Counted from the first letter of the stretch, positions 45,296 to 59,125 are shown. The stretch is 64,000 nt of DNA from Monocercomonoides exilis PA203 (GCA_001643675.2 LSRY02000015.1:124001-188000); one strand, 5' to 3'. Numbers and translations are program-made. Notes: generated from the sequence alone by a model not told the origin.

Positions 45296-47414
45296 ATTAA
45301 TCGCAAAAAAACTCAAAATTCTTCAACTTCTCCCTTTCCATTTTATCGACTCTTTCTTCAGCAGAAGAAAAGAGTCCCTTTGTTTCTAGCTGCTCCAATT
45401 TTGGTTCTTCTATTGGAAGAATTTTATATGTTTAATGCTATCAATTAGTCAATTGGTAGACGGAACTACCATGCATATTCCTCTGGTTATCATGCGATTC
45501 AGCTTCGTAATCTATTCTCCTCATTCATCGTTTCCATTTATTTGCAAACTGTTTGTGGTTTTGTAAACACTCGAGTGAAAGCATTTTATCTGCATTAGGT
45601 GAATTCTATGACTATTCCAGACAAATCTCAGCAGATACATTAAAAGAAGTAAAAAAATGAAGAATACGAAGAATACGAAGATGAAGAATACGAAGAAGAA
45701 GATGATGATAAGATGAATTAGAAGAAACTGATACTTTTTCCTTGTTTGAATTCAACTCTGCTTTTATAACAGACACATTGGTGAGTGTGGCGATCACATC
45801 AAAATGCCCAGCGGCTGCTGCCAGATGGATGGAGAGAATGCCTTTAGACAAATAGCAGCTGCATTTTCGAGCTGTTGGCTGGATGGGGAGAGAAGAGAGA
45901 AAAAAATTGAATGTTATGTGTGTGAATGAGTGCGTGGTTGTTGGGTTGAGGTGTCTTCTGTTTAGGAATAAGAGGAAGAGGAAGAAGAAGAAGAAGGGTT
46001 GATTGATGAAGGAATTGATGTAAGCATTAAAATCTGAGAGAATGATAGAACATTAACAAGAGAAGAAGAAGAAGAAGAAGATGATGATGATGATGATGAT
46101 GATGATGACGACAACAAAGACGACGATGAAGGAGAAGAAGAAGACAACGTTCAAGATATCAAGGAAGATGAAGAGTGAGTTGGTGAACACGTGGGAAGAC
46201 AATGCCAATTATTTTTTTATTTGCGCCTGATGCAAAAGTCAACCAATTCGTGGCAACGGATTGAAAATGGAGCGAACAAAATGGAGGATCGATGGTGCGT
46301 GAAGGAAGATTCAGATGATGAGTTCAACCAATAATGGTTTTCAAAAGACGATGATATAGGAAGTGGAGGAAAAGATGATGAAGAAGATATCGAAGCAGAT
46401 GTTGACTGGCAGAGTGGAGAAGGTGCAGAGGAAGAAGAATGGTGGAGAGAAGCAAGTTGGAAAAGACAATGAAGACATGTGTTTCGATCAAGAGGAAATA
46501 TTCGGCCGGAGAAGTGTGAAACGATAAAAGAGTGGCACGCGCAGGGCAGAAGATTGGAATGAATAGTCGCTGAGTAAAATAATATAGGAAAAAAGGATAA
46601 CGAATTTATTTTAAAAAAATGAACATGAAACTCTCAAAAATATATGGTATAACTTCTTTATATTCAAACAATATAAAGATTTTGAAATGGAACATGAACA
46701 CCAAAGTTGATATTTTCTTTAAAAATACATTAACTTGAAACAACGTTAAAAATGTTGTTGAAACAACTGTTTTTAAAACTTCATAAATAAACGGGGTGAT
46801 GGATGAAAATTGTAAAAACTAAAAAACAAAAATGACAAAAAATCACGAATAAGAGAAACAGATAAGCGTATGCAACTGATTTGTTAACGTTAATGCAGAT
46901 TATGTATGTTTCAATGCAAAATATTGTTATTTCCAATAATTGTGAAAAGAAATATGTGAAGAATGAACTTGATCTGTTTTTGCCTTATGAAAAATACAGA
47001 AATAAATCAACATACATTACAAAACAATAACAAACTTGCTATGCCCATGTTCTTTTCATTTATTCTGTGTCAAAAGAATAACAATTAAAAGATGAATCGT
47101 TCATGGAATTTCTAAATGTTCATGAAAGAATAAAAATAAGATAAATATATAAATAAAATATTGTTAAATAACAGTTATTGATGTTTGTTTCTATGTCAAC
47201 CTTGTGCACTTGCTTGTCTTCACCACTTTTCAAGGAAACCTATGAAAAGTTGAAAAATGTTAAATAAACAAAACTGATTAGACAAAATAAATACTTAACA
47301 AATCTCGCACAACACAAGGAATAAATAAAACAGTTAAGTATAGAAAATTACAAATATTTCCAAACCAGTTCAGAAACAGTGAATGATCTTTATTGTTCAT
47401 AATCAGTTTATTGT

Positions 47415-50105
47415 TTATAGCAAAAGAAGAGAATTTAACGATTCCAAAGAAAGTGAATGCCTTCGATCGCCACAGATTCTTTTTAGCCTTGAAAAAAGGC
47501 GCTCGCAAGATGCCTCACTACAGGGCGATGCGATCAATGCATATGACAAATTGGCATAAATGTTTGGTAAAACTCCTCACTTTGCTATTTCGTAGTAATA
47601 AACCATCCATTTGTCTTGAAAAATAGATTGATCATAACATATAAAATTTGTTGAATGCAAAGAAATTATCTGCTTTCTAATATCGGAGTTCATGTTGGAA
47701 AGAACAGAATTTGCATAATCGCTGCATTTGCTATTGATTCGAGGAAACCAGTCACTTGAAATTTTCTCGAGAATTGTTAATAATGCTTTGGTCCTTTCAT
47801 CTGAATTTTCTAAATCATCTGTTGGAAGTTGTTTGCTCGATCCAAGTAAAAACAGCTCGTCAACGATATTTTCATTAGAAGAATGATTGATAACACTTGA
47901 ATTTTCTTCAGTTGATAAATCGCAACTGGCAACTTGTTGGCTTTCAATTGATCCACAAGAGTTTCTTGTATTATACACAAATTGTTCTTTTAAAATGGTT
48001 GTTGATTCTGTCTCTTCATTGAACTCATCGTCTTCATTTTCGGTGTCATCATCTATAATACCTAATGTTTCTAAAATAAGCTGATTCTGTAAATCATCAT
48101 CCGGCTCATCGCTTGAATCCTTTGTTGGTAAATTATTTGTTAAATAATTGATCAATTTGAAAAGAATATCGTTGTTCAAAACAGAACTTGAAGGTGAAAA
48201 TATTGACTGTGCAATATCCGGTGCTGGTGTTAGTGCAGATGAAACAGATGCAGATTCTTTTTCCATTTTTTCTATTTTCGTTTCAAGTTGTTGAAGCGAA
48301 TAATGAAATGCATTCACAGATAAAGGAGATCCGAAATTTATCTGTTGTGTTGGTAAAATAAATGTTGGTTTTAAAAATACCGAAGAATTCTGCAATTGTT
48401 GATTGGATACAAGAGTACTGTTTGCACTATTATCCTTTGCTGTGTCTTGACTCGAAGGAATTTCCATATTCTCTTGTTGAGCACAAGATATTGTTGAAAA
48501 TGTTACAGGTGTTATCGATGATGCTGAAGAAGAAGAGTTGAGAAATGAATTTTGCGTTATTTGTGAATGTGTCTGCAGAGTGTTGACAGCAGGATGCGTT
48601 GATGAAAAAGGCGATAATGTTTCTGTTGATTTGATAAATTGAGTGAATTCTTCTTTAAGAGAATTAAGTCTCGATGAAAAGGAAATCACAAATGAACTTA
48701 TATGGTGAAGTCTCACTCCAATTGGTGTTAAAGAAAAAGCCAACGCGAATTTGTTACCTCGTTCTCCAGCAAGGAAATAATTATGTAATAAAATCATTAA
48801 ATGGCAAATGCAAACTTGCCAATTCTCATCAGAAAAATAATCAAGATTAATCATCCAAAAATAATAAGCAAACGCTTTAAGAATAAAAGGAAAAACAGAT
48901 CCCAGTTCAGTGTAATCGTTCTCGAGCAAAAGTTGCAGTTCTCTTAAAGGAAACAGTTATATACCACATCTGATCGCATCCAAAATTGAATTATCACAGC
49001 AAAACTCAAAAATTGATAGATGTTTGCAATTAACATAAAAATAAATAACAAATGTCGTATAAACAGAGCCACCTTGTTTTGACAAAGCAAGGGCACGTAG
49101 GATTTGTTGGATTTTTCGTTGATGTTTTCCTGTAGTCTTTGGATATCGTTATAATGGTCTCTTTCAATTGTCTCAAGAATTTGTTTTCGGAAAATAAATG
49201 AGTAATAATCAGATTGACTAAATGATTTGTGCAGTAAATATAAAATGATGGAGTTTGAAATTCATTTTGCCGAGTTTCACAAATAGTCGTATCCTCTATG
49301 AGATTTTGTTACGCTAGCATTTGTGGTTTTAATCCATCTGTACAAAAACAACGGACCTCTCCATTCTCATCTGATTCTTCTTTCATGAAAGAATAAACCC
49401 ATTTTGTGTAATCTTCAGCTGTATAATATACATTGTTCAGGCTCCAAAAAACTGGTTTTCCATTTTCATTCAAGGGAACAACTGTAACTATTGTTAACTT
49501 TTTTCCAGCAATAACGCCTCCATCCATCATGACACCGACCATAGCATTATTGATTGTTTCATTTCGTTCTTTAACTTTTCTCAAGTTTTCGTCTTTGATG
49601 AGCAATGATAGTTTCCAACTGGTTAAAGATGGAAAAATGGTTTCTGAAGACAAAGAAGGATTTTTTTAAGAAAGTCGAATTAACGTAGAAATGAATGAGT
49701 TAAATTCAGAAGAATAAGCAGATAAAAAAGCTATATTGCAATGGCTTATCAGATGAAGAAATTGCTTTATGAGAATACAAAAAGCGGAATTGAAAATCTT
49801 TTGGACTTTTTTTGGAGGTTTTGATAAAATATGAACAGAAGGTTTAGGCTTTAGAAAAGATAACATTGAAGATCCTTTTGCTAAAAAGCATGAATGACTC
49901 CTAACACGATCTGTGTTTTTTCTTCCAGAAAAGTAACAGTTTATTCCGTGTTTGTTATTTGGATATAGATAGTAAACATGCCCATCTTTTTTCAGTGATC
50001 CATTAGGTAAAACTGGCGTGTACGCAATCCAGAGGGTATTGTTGTTAACTTCAAAGTGTATTTTCCCAATTTCTTCTTTTATGTTGTTGGGGTGAAGATA
50101 ATCTT
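47415..50105 (-). pseudogene. hAT-superfamily transposase, inactivated by in-frame stops/frameshift
   Basis: MMDGG (D1), CTDG (D2), YCTNHLVNL (CxxH), RWLCLYD-like segment, and C-terminal ASPCSEASCERLFSRLKRICGDRRHSLSLESLNSLLLL (hAT dimerisation region, catalytic E). Stops at ~49666, 49309, ~48957 and 47577. Confidence 0.85.
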
Positions 50106-50389
50106 AAAAATTATGAAAATTTTATCATTAAATATAAGATCCAAAATAAAAATTATTAAAACAAACATTTTCCGTTGTTTGTGAATTTAGTGCATATCAA
50201 TGTGACGAATGAACATTTTAACTCTTTTTTTATTAATTTTTTCTGAAAACGCTTTTTGCTTTGCATGAACGTATTAATATTATTTATTAAAAAGAAGACA
50301 AAAGAAAATCAATGTTTAACAAACTATTTGGGGAATAGATAAGCAACTTCTTAATTCAGCTGGTAATTTAGAAACAAAACCATCATCCA

Positions 50390-50694
50390 TTTCGGACATT
50401 AAATATCGACACAACACGACATATCTTGAGATCCGAATGATCCAGACAGATCGGAACAGATCTTTGTCGAATTGATCTGTCGAAAACCCATTAAATATTT
50501 TATTATTTATATTTCTAAAAATGAAATAGTTATTAATTATTTTCTAAGGATGAAAATTATTTAACAACCAATTGTTCAAAAAATCCTTCTTTATTGTGAA
50601 TGAATAAGAATATATCAAATCAATTTTAAAATGCATTTTATGTCGGTCGACTTATCGAAACCATTTTTATATGTCGGCTTGTCGCAAAGGCCTA
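50390..50694 (-). mobile_element. hAT 5' end: TIR TAGGCCTTTGCGACA plus subterminal TGTCG/CGACA motif cluster
   Basis: CpG-rich short repeats upstream of the hAT transposase. The terminus matches 29760-29774 in inverted orientation (13/15). Confidence 0.6.
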
Positions 50695-51283
50695 TGTTTG
50701 ATTCAGTATTTTTTGAAAGAAAAATCAACTTTTTCTGTTCTTGAAGAAAGCCTGCGAAACTCTCCTAAAACCCTTTAAATTTTTCGAAAAATTTCGAAGG
50801 GAGAGGTGATGTAATTTTCGTATTTTCTGATTGATAAAAAAAAACTAGAACATGTAATTAAATAAAAGTTTATATGAAAAAATTAATTTTTATCAGTATG
50901 TTTTCAAAGGATGATATCAAAAAGTTTATCACGTGCTATTTTTTTATAAATGATTTATAAACAGTTTTTCAAGAAATTTTCTCAAGACTGAAATGTCCCA
51001 GGCTGTCCTTATTCAAGGTATTGCTTCTTTCTATGCATATGGAACGGCCATTTGCAAAAGGTTTAAACATTTGTTTCATTAGAAAAAATATCTGAAAATG
51101 AGTGATTATTTTCCAAATAATTGAAATATTCCGAGTGTTGATTCTTCGAAGGTTTGATATTTTTTTTGAGGAATTACTCATTCAAAAGAAAAAAGAACAT
51201 TAATTGTTTGATATGATAATGTTTGAAATAACATATTCGAATAAATTATTTTTGCAAGGAGTCACAATTCTTCAGAGTTCACA

Positions 51284-53302
51284 TAGGGTCATCTTTATAT
51301 TGGCACTTTTTTTTTATTAGAACATTTATTTTGAATAATAATAAATCTGACCCACAAATGATATTCCAAAAAATATTTTTGGTATTTATTCCATAATCAA
51401 GTATTCTAAAATTTGAATTTTGATAGAGATCATATTTTTCATGGGAGTGGAGGTTTTGTTCCTTCCATTGAGCTTTCATGAGAAATTGGACTGCACAAAG
51501 GTTTGTATACATTTCTAATTCATTCAAAATTTTAAATATTAATTAAAAATTCTTTAATGAGAATTTATAAATAAAAAAAAATTTTTATGATCATTACACT
51601 TAATATATAAAGAAATTATTAGTGAAAAAGAAAGCTGAAGCGGAGCAGAAGAGGCTGAAGGAAGAAATATCTACATTACGATACAGAAAATATGAGACAA
51701 GATTGGAAAGGATTGCACTCATTGTGAATGATAATGTTGTCAGGCTTGTCGACTGAATGAAATATTGTGGAATCAACAAAAAATCTTTGGAGCACGCAGT
51801 TAAAGCCATAAAAAACGGCAGGCCTATTGCAAAAGTTGGTCATCCACCAATTATTAGCGGAGAAAAAGAAAAACAATTCTTGGAAGAAGTTACAATAGAA
51901 TCTCGATCTGGGACAAGCCTCACTTTACGAAAAGCGCGCGATCTGGTTTGTCATTAATAATTGACTGGTTGATTAATCTGTGTTTTAATGGAAATTTTTA
52001 TCAACGATGAGGAAGATATAGAAGAAAAAGACAGTCACTCTAAAGACAGTTTACGCCTTCACAAAGCGCCATCCAGAATTGAAGTCCTCGCTGCCAAAGC
52101 AAGTTGATATCAACAGACTTGCAGCATCTTGTCAGAAAGTCCTAAAGCCGTGGTATACGGAATTACAAGTATTACACAATGAAAATAAATATCCAGAGGA
52201 ATTAATCTTCAATATAGATGAATCTTCGCTTCGAATTCCAACTTCTACACGCGGCGTTGTTGTTCATCCTGCAGATGAACAAGCTGGGTTCAAAAAGACT
52301 GCCGAACGGAAACCAAATACCACTTTCGTTGCTGGAGAAGCTGCTGATGGCTTCTCGCTTCCGTCTATCGTGCTGTGGCCGAGCGCTACTCTTCCGAAAG
52401 AACTGACAACGCAATTAACACTATCGCTTGACATTTGGCCTTACACAAACGGCTGGATGGACAAAACAGCATTCAAAAAATACGCCTTAATAGTCCTGCT
52501 GCCAGCTATCATTGACAGAATAAAGCGAATTCAAAAAGAATCTCATCGTTGCCTTCTTCTCCTGGACTCGCACTCATCACGGGCTGATCCAACGATATGG
52601 AGACAGTTCAAGGAAGCTGAAATTGATGTCGTCACCTTCATTCCACATGCTTCTTACATATTGCAGCCGCTGGGCAAAGGCGTATTTGCAGTGTTAAAGT
52701 CAGAGCTATCAAACAATTACAGCTCTCCATCATCCACCTCCTCATCTTCAAAAAGAACTGCTGTTGCAGATGTGTTGCCACAAGCCCTTCACACAGCATT
52801 CACCCCATCAGTGATCAAAAAAGCATTTACCAATAGCTGAGTTCGAAACAATTCTTCCGTGTCAGTGCTTATGAAGCATCTTCAGTCTTCTCAATGCTCC
52901 ATTCCTTCTCATTCACATTGTTTCAATTTTTTTGAATTCGAAATTACACAAGAAAAACTTCTTGATGAATGGGATGAATATAATGAAAAACACAAGATGA
53001 AAATTGAAGAAATTGCAGAAAAAGAGAAGGTAATAAAAAAAAAATTGTTGAAAAGGAAAAGGAAATTGAAAAAGAAGAATTGCCTTCGGAGAAAAAAGAG
53101 AAAAAAAAAATCAGAAAAATTAGGAATGATGACGATGAAACAAGTGATGTATTTGACCACTTTGAAAGTGAAAATGGAAAAAGAAAAGTCAGAAGAGTAA
53201 TTGATTCGAGTTTTGTATTTTTTTGATGTATTTTTTCTTTTTTTAATTTATAAAATTTTTGGAACCAACAAAGAAAAAAGTGCCAATAAAAAACTGATAC
53301 TT
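51284..53302 (+). mobile_element. pogo/DDE_1 DNA transposon, defective
   Basis: TIR core TATTGGCACTTTTTT at ~51298 and its reverse complement at ~53275-53288. Encloses HTH and DDE coding remnants. Confidence 0.7.
51610..53200 (+). pseudogene. DDE_1 transposase pseudogene (HTH ~51757-52078, DDE 52079-52840)
   Basis: Motifs IFNIDES, NGWMD, LLLDSHSSR and LQPLGKGVF (third catalytic D replaced by G). In-frame stops. Confidence 0.85.
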
Positions 53303-53989
53303 CGTATACTCAAATGAAAATTACCAATACAACTTATTTATTTCAAATTTATGATTTTAAAGATAATCGCCATTATTTGTCATCATTTTGAAAGATGCGA
53401 AACAATGAAAAGAGTGCTCATGTTTTGTATTTATTCAATAAATCAATTCCTAATAATGTTCTCTTAAAAAAATATTTGGCTAAATTATTTTGAAAGGTGA
53501 CATCAGATCAAAAATTTGACCCATGGCAGTTAATTTGTTATCATTCCGTTACCATTATTCTCTTGAAAAAATGAAAAAATTCGCAATAATGTTTATCATT
53601 TTATCGCAAACTTCATTATGAAAAGAAAATGTATGATCCAAAAAATTATATATTAAATTTATTGATCAAAATAAAAATATCAGTTTCTCAATGAAAAAGA
53701 GTTATATTAGCTTGAACTTTAATGCAATTGCTGCATTGTGAATTGTATATGGTGTATTTCGATTCTTATTCATTATTAACAATAACACTGATAATTATTT
53801 AAGTTTTAATTGAATCAGTATTTTTCCACACTCAAAATGAATGATAACATTTCTTGGAAGCGAGTATAGCTCGTTCAAGTTGGTGTGAGCAAAAATTATA
53901 TCAAAAATTGATGGTTTGCAGCTTATTTTTTCTTTAAGTTTAATTATTTATTAAAGCTTTCTTTTTTTGAGCTTGACAAATTTGTGACA

Positions 53990-54810
53990 GATTTCAGAAC
54001 ACCATTTGTGAAGGATCTTGCAATATGGGGTGTCACTACAGACTCGTTTGTTGGGGAAGAGGATCTTCTGCTGAGGGTTGTGAAATACCAGAGTGAGACG
54101 ATATTTGTTTCTTCAGCAACAGGTAACCACGGAGACAGCAAGCAATGTGGAGAGTTCGGCATGCCTTGTCAATCATTGAATGTTGGAGTTCAACACATCA
54201 TTCCGTCACGTTATTCGCAGCTATTGGTTTTAGAGGAGACGATCATCAATGGGGAATGTGATGTGCATGATGTGATCATCCGCTCACTTGAATCTCCCTC
54301 AACTGCTTTGTTGCATCTGAACTCAACAATAAATATCCATGAGGGAAATCTTATCACAACATCAGAGAAAGTTCGGATTGAGAGTGTGAAATTCAACTTT
54401 GACCAGTCATTTTCATATTCAGGCAGTTCAATTATTCATGAAGCAAGTGGCCAGCTTTCTCTTTCATTTGTTGACTTCTCTTCTGTTGGAGAGTCAAACA
54501 TCAATCAACTTGTTGTTTTCAATTCAACCTTGCTGAGCATTGGAAAGGGGATTCTTCATGTTGACAACTGCTCAATATCAATGCTTTCATTCAAGAAGTA
54601 TTCATTTCTGCTGAATGGAGTTGAGATTTCGATGACAAATATGAAGCTTGAACACATCGAATCAACAACAGATGTCTTTGAGATTGGTGATTGTGGAAGT
54701 GTTGTTTATAATGGAGTATCTGCAGATGGAGTGAAGCTGCCAGATGGTTGCATCATTTCGATTGGCAGCTCAACTTCGGGAACAATATATGTTGGGAGCT
54801 TTTCTTTCAA
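53990..54810 (+). pseudogene. Internal fragment (cassette) of the large surface-protein gene family
   Basis: 53990-54580 matches 21310-21900 with only one mismatch seen; 54581-54810 is a diverged homolog of 21901-22130. No start context, signal peptide or TM. Confidence 0.9.
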
Positions 54811-55199
54811 ATAATGAAAAAGGAATTTTGATAAAGCCTCTTCCCATTTTGCACTCTTTTCTCCTTCTCATTCTTTATCTTCTTCTTCTTCTTCTTCTTC
54901 TTCTTCTTCAAGTTATTCAAAGAATAAACAGTCGTCAAAATAAAATTCCCCCGTTCAGAGAAGCAAAGCTTTTTTGGGAGATAATTACGCAATTTGATTT
55001 GAAAACAGAATTATCAAATGAAAATGACATGAAACATCTCAAATTGACAGAAGAAGAAGCGGAAGCGGAAGCGAAGAAATCGAATGGAATTACAAATACA
55101 AATACAAAAATGAAAAAGAGGATAATGATGACAGCGCAGATGTAAATGTCATCAGGGAAATCTAAGGGTCGATTGCATATAATACACACTTAAAGAACA

Positions 55200-58100
55200 G
55201 CAGCGTGTTGTTAATAGCGATCTCTTTCTCACTTGAAGCCTTCTCGTGCTATACTGAAAAAGTTTTAGAAGAAGATAATGATCAAGTATGACAAGAAATT
55301 GGCTCCTTCTCCCTTCCAGCGCAATGTTATTGTGTTCTGAAACAAAACCACTATTTGCCATTCCCACAACAGCTGCCCAATACTGATCACCCATTCTATT
55401 TCGTTCTTTCCAGCTGCAGCCCTACCAGCTCCGCAGCCAGTCCAATCATCCACAATAGCGGCCGCAGCCCTTCTTTCTTCCGCACCGCCGACTGCATAAA
55501 CTCCATCTACCGTTTCTACCCCACCTCCATCACTGTCACTGCTCCTGTTGATGCCACCGAAATCACCAGCACCCAGCTATTCAGAGCCATCAACAGCAGT
55601 GCAAAGTGCAGACTCACTGCCTTCTCAACAGTGCTTATCTCAGAAGGGACAGAGGTTCTCGTCGGAATGCAGCATCGCACACGTCTGGCTTCCGCTATTA
55701 CAGCTTGATGAAGTTGCATTCCTTAAACGCCCACAGCACAGACACTTAATAAGGCAGATAGCATCAAAACAGCCATCACGCGTCAAAGATGATTCTCAAG
55801 GACAGCGCTAATGGAGTCTGTGCATAGCGCGCGCACAGAAGAGACTCAACTTCATCGTTCGCATTGCATCAAAAAGCCACACCAAATGAAGATGATGTTG
55901 CTGAAGACGATGAAATCTGTGGATTGCCACCGCATATGGCATCTGACTGAATTTTCATCGCCTCTTTCGGCTTCGCTGCTTATTCCTCTGAAGTTCAGCA
56001 TCAATCCAAGAAACGCAGAAACATTTACCACTCCCATCTTTGACAATATCTTCTCAAACTCCCCAAAAAACATTTTGATCTTCTTCTCTGCTGCACTTTC
56101 AAGCACCATGTCAAAGAACAGGAAGAAAGGCAGCTCGCTTCCTAAAGACTCCTGCGTCACAAACTTCTCAGTAACCACACCTCTGCAAAATTTTTTCGGA
56201 ACAGTTCCACTACTCAAATCATCGCTAAAAGCACCGCCTCTTTCTTCTATTTCTCCGAGTGTTTCTTCCCCCAGTCACATATATGCACAAAATATCCATG
56301 GGCCTGCCTTGGAAGTACCACACCTTCCCACCCAGCTCTGTCATCGATCAAATCTGCCAATATCTTTTCTCTAAATATTCCTTGGATCGTCGACAGTGTT
56401 CACACCAGTTTCTGTTTCAGTCCTGTATTTAGCTGCTGTTGACTTCACTGAATCGGTACAGACAACAAATATATGGCAACATCCGAAGCGCACGCACCGT
56501 TTCGTACGTCATTTGCCCCAACGATCCGGAGACCGTTCCCATTGGAGTGACATTTCCCATCAATCCCATCGATAAAGATAACTCACATAATCAATTTTCC
56601 TCTGCCACGCCTTCCCTTCGAATGCCCAACCAGCCGCTGCACTGTCTCTTCAAATTACGACGTTATTTTCTTCTAACCCTGCTTCTTTTATGCACAAGAA
56701 TCATTTGCTGTTTATCAATCACCTTCTTGAATAGAGATTTCTTCTAGCTAATCACTGCTCCTTCGCTTAAAACAGCACCATAAGTATCTTCGTTTTCTTC
56801 TCCATCTTATTCATCTTCTATTACTCTTTTGCATACACTCCACCACCACCACCATTTTCCCCAGCATAGTTCTTCTTCGAACTCTGGCTGAACCCAGATC
56901 TCCTCCCCTCACTTCCACCACCTCCTCCACCACCGTTGTATGTATCTCCCAGAACAATCGCCCCATTTCGCACTTTCACAACGACACCTTTCCCGCTTGG
57001 GTCTTGCCCAAACATTACAGCGTTGCCATCCTTGATGACCGCTGTTAATTTCTTCTGGCACTTTTCAAACAGACGCGACTGAAGAATCAACGAAACAGAA
57101 AAATGGAACCATCCCACCACACGCAGAAACCAACAAAGAAGGCATGGCATACGGAGCCTCCGAAACCGTTAGCTGCATCTCGCTGTCCCCACCCACCAAC
57201 CCACACTGACATTTCTGCTTCTTCTTATCATTCTCAATACCCACATCAGTCAACTCCACATTCTCCTTCGTAGCCACCAGCTGCTCATGCAGCTCCTTCA
57301 CTTCCTTCACCTTTGGGTTGTGCTCCTCGCTCAGCTCCAGAATTATCATCAGACTCATCCAGATGATCTTGCCCTTCTCCTGCAGCTGCTCTGCCAGCCC
57401 GCTCGTCCACTTCAATATCCACCCGTTGTCGAATATTTTTGCATAAGCATGAAGATCTCCGAATACTGTTTCTCCATCTCCGGTTTCGCCTCCTCATGCT
57501 GCTCCTTCAGCTCCAGAATCTGCCGACCCAGCCCCTTCTTCTCCACCGCCATCTCCTCCACATGCCCCACGTACTTCCTGCCCGTCTTGCTAAGCGTCTG
57601 CGCAGCATTCGCCTTCGTCCTATCCAGATCTTCCTTCTTGTTCTTCAGCTCTTCCCCATTTCACACACTGCAACCCCTCGCCCCATCACCTCTTCGTTCA
57701 GCTTCGCCACCACACGCCTCGACTGCGGCGATCGCGACACCAGCCGCGCTATCGCCGATGGCAGCAGAGATGGATCTAACAGATCGTAGATCGACGGGAA
57801 AGCATTCACATTCTCCGCATCAAAGATCCGCTTGCTCCCCGACTTCGTGCTCACAGACTCTGCAAGCGACGGAAGTTGTACCACCAGCGGAACTGAATGC
57901 ATAACCAAAAGTACGACAATTCAGACGCAAGCAGCATCCCCATACGTCGCCGCCAGTCGCGCTGCAACATATCCGGCTGCGACAGTAGCAGCTGCAGCGA
58001 CAGCGACATGTGCCGCCCATACACCCCAGCCGCCTCTCGATGTCATCCATCGCTCCTGCCGATGTGTATGACGCTGCCGCCACAGACGCATCCGAAGGAT

Positions 58101-58430
58101 CAATCGCAGGCGCTGATGATGGCTGATCATCTCCTGCTGCCTTCTTCTCTTCGCTTCTCCGCCTCCGGAATGGCGAAGTTGATCGGCGTGCTGCTCCTGT
58201 TGAAGAAGACGAGGAAGAAGAAGAAGAAGAAGGTGCTGAGCGAAGAGACGACTGCTGCGCTGCCCCGGCCACAAGAAGCTTTTTCAGATACCCCACCACG
58301 TCTGCCGGCAGTTCAACCGGAGGTACAAGCACAACACCCACATTCGGATCAGAAAGATCAATCAACATTGAATTTTCGCAGTATTCGAGCGATGGAAATT
58401 GATGGAGTAGGGTTTCTTAAACCGATGAGC
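55200..58430 (-). pseudogene. GC-rich fragmented gene of unknown function with a coiled-coil segment
   Basis: Elevated GC and successive overlapping minus-strand ORFs in shifting frames (e.g. ELKNKKEDLDRTK…ILELKEQHEE). No domain recognised. Confidence 0.45.
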
Positions 58431-59125
58431 TGAAATGAGAAGAAAAGGATGAATAAAAAAGCAAATGAAAAATCAAAAGCTACGAAAGATATATTTCAAT
58501 GTTTGATTCATATGTGAGAAACTATTTTCTTTTAAAATTTTGTTAAAAGTCAATTTTTTTGTGAATTTTAATGTTATTCTTCGTTATATATTATAACATG
58601 ATGATTGCTCCTTGAAAACAACTTTTTGAATTGTTTCAATTGCAATGAGAACTGTTTCTATGAATATTTCCCGTTTTGAAACTTGTCGGAAAAAAATCTC
58701 CAATTCAAGCAATATTTAATTTATTCGTATTCCTATATGTGAAATTATTTAAAGCTAGTAAATAAGCAAAAACTCAGAAAGAATTATCGAACATATGAAA
58801 TGAAAAACAAAAATACAATTGTTTTTTTGGTTTGTCTCAAACAAAAAGAAAAAGAATATTAATCAACACAATTTGAATTTAACAGTGAAAGTGATATTTG
58901 AAATCTGTCTAATTGCAACTTAATAATTGTTGATAAGAGTCAAAAAAAATCAATATCAGATTATTTTCCTTTTGTTATGGAAACGGAATGATCAACATTA
59001 TCTGATCATTTGTGATCTTTTGTGGGACAAAATTAAAGTCGTGGAACTTTTCAAAAAAAATTTTGCCATTTATTATTTTATTGTCAGATTAAACATTCGA
59101 GATTGAAAAAAATAAATTAAACATA

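Noticed and set aside
47415-50105. In-frame TAA stops suggesting TAA/TAG=Gln reassignment, as known in some oxymonads
   Set aside because: Beta-tubulin ends at TAA at the expected position, long genes have no internal TAR codons, and the pseudogenes also contain TGA stops and frameshifts.
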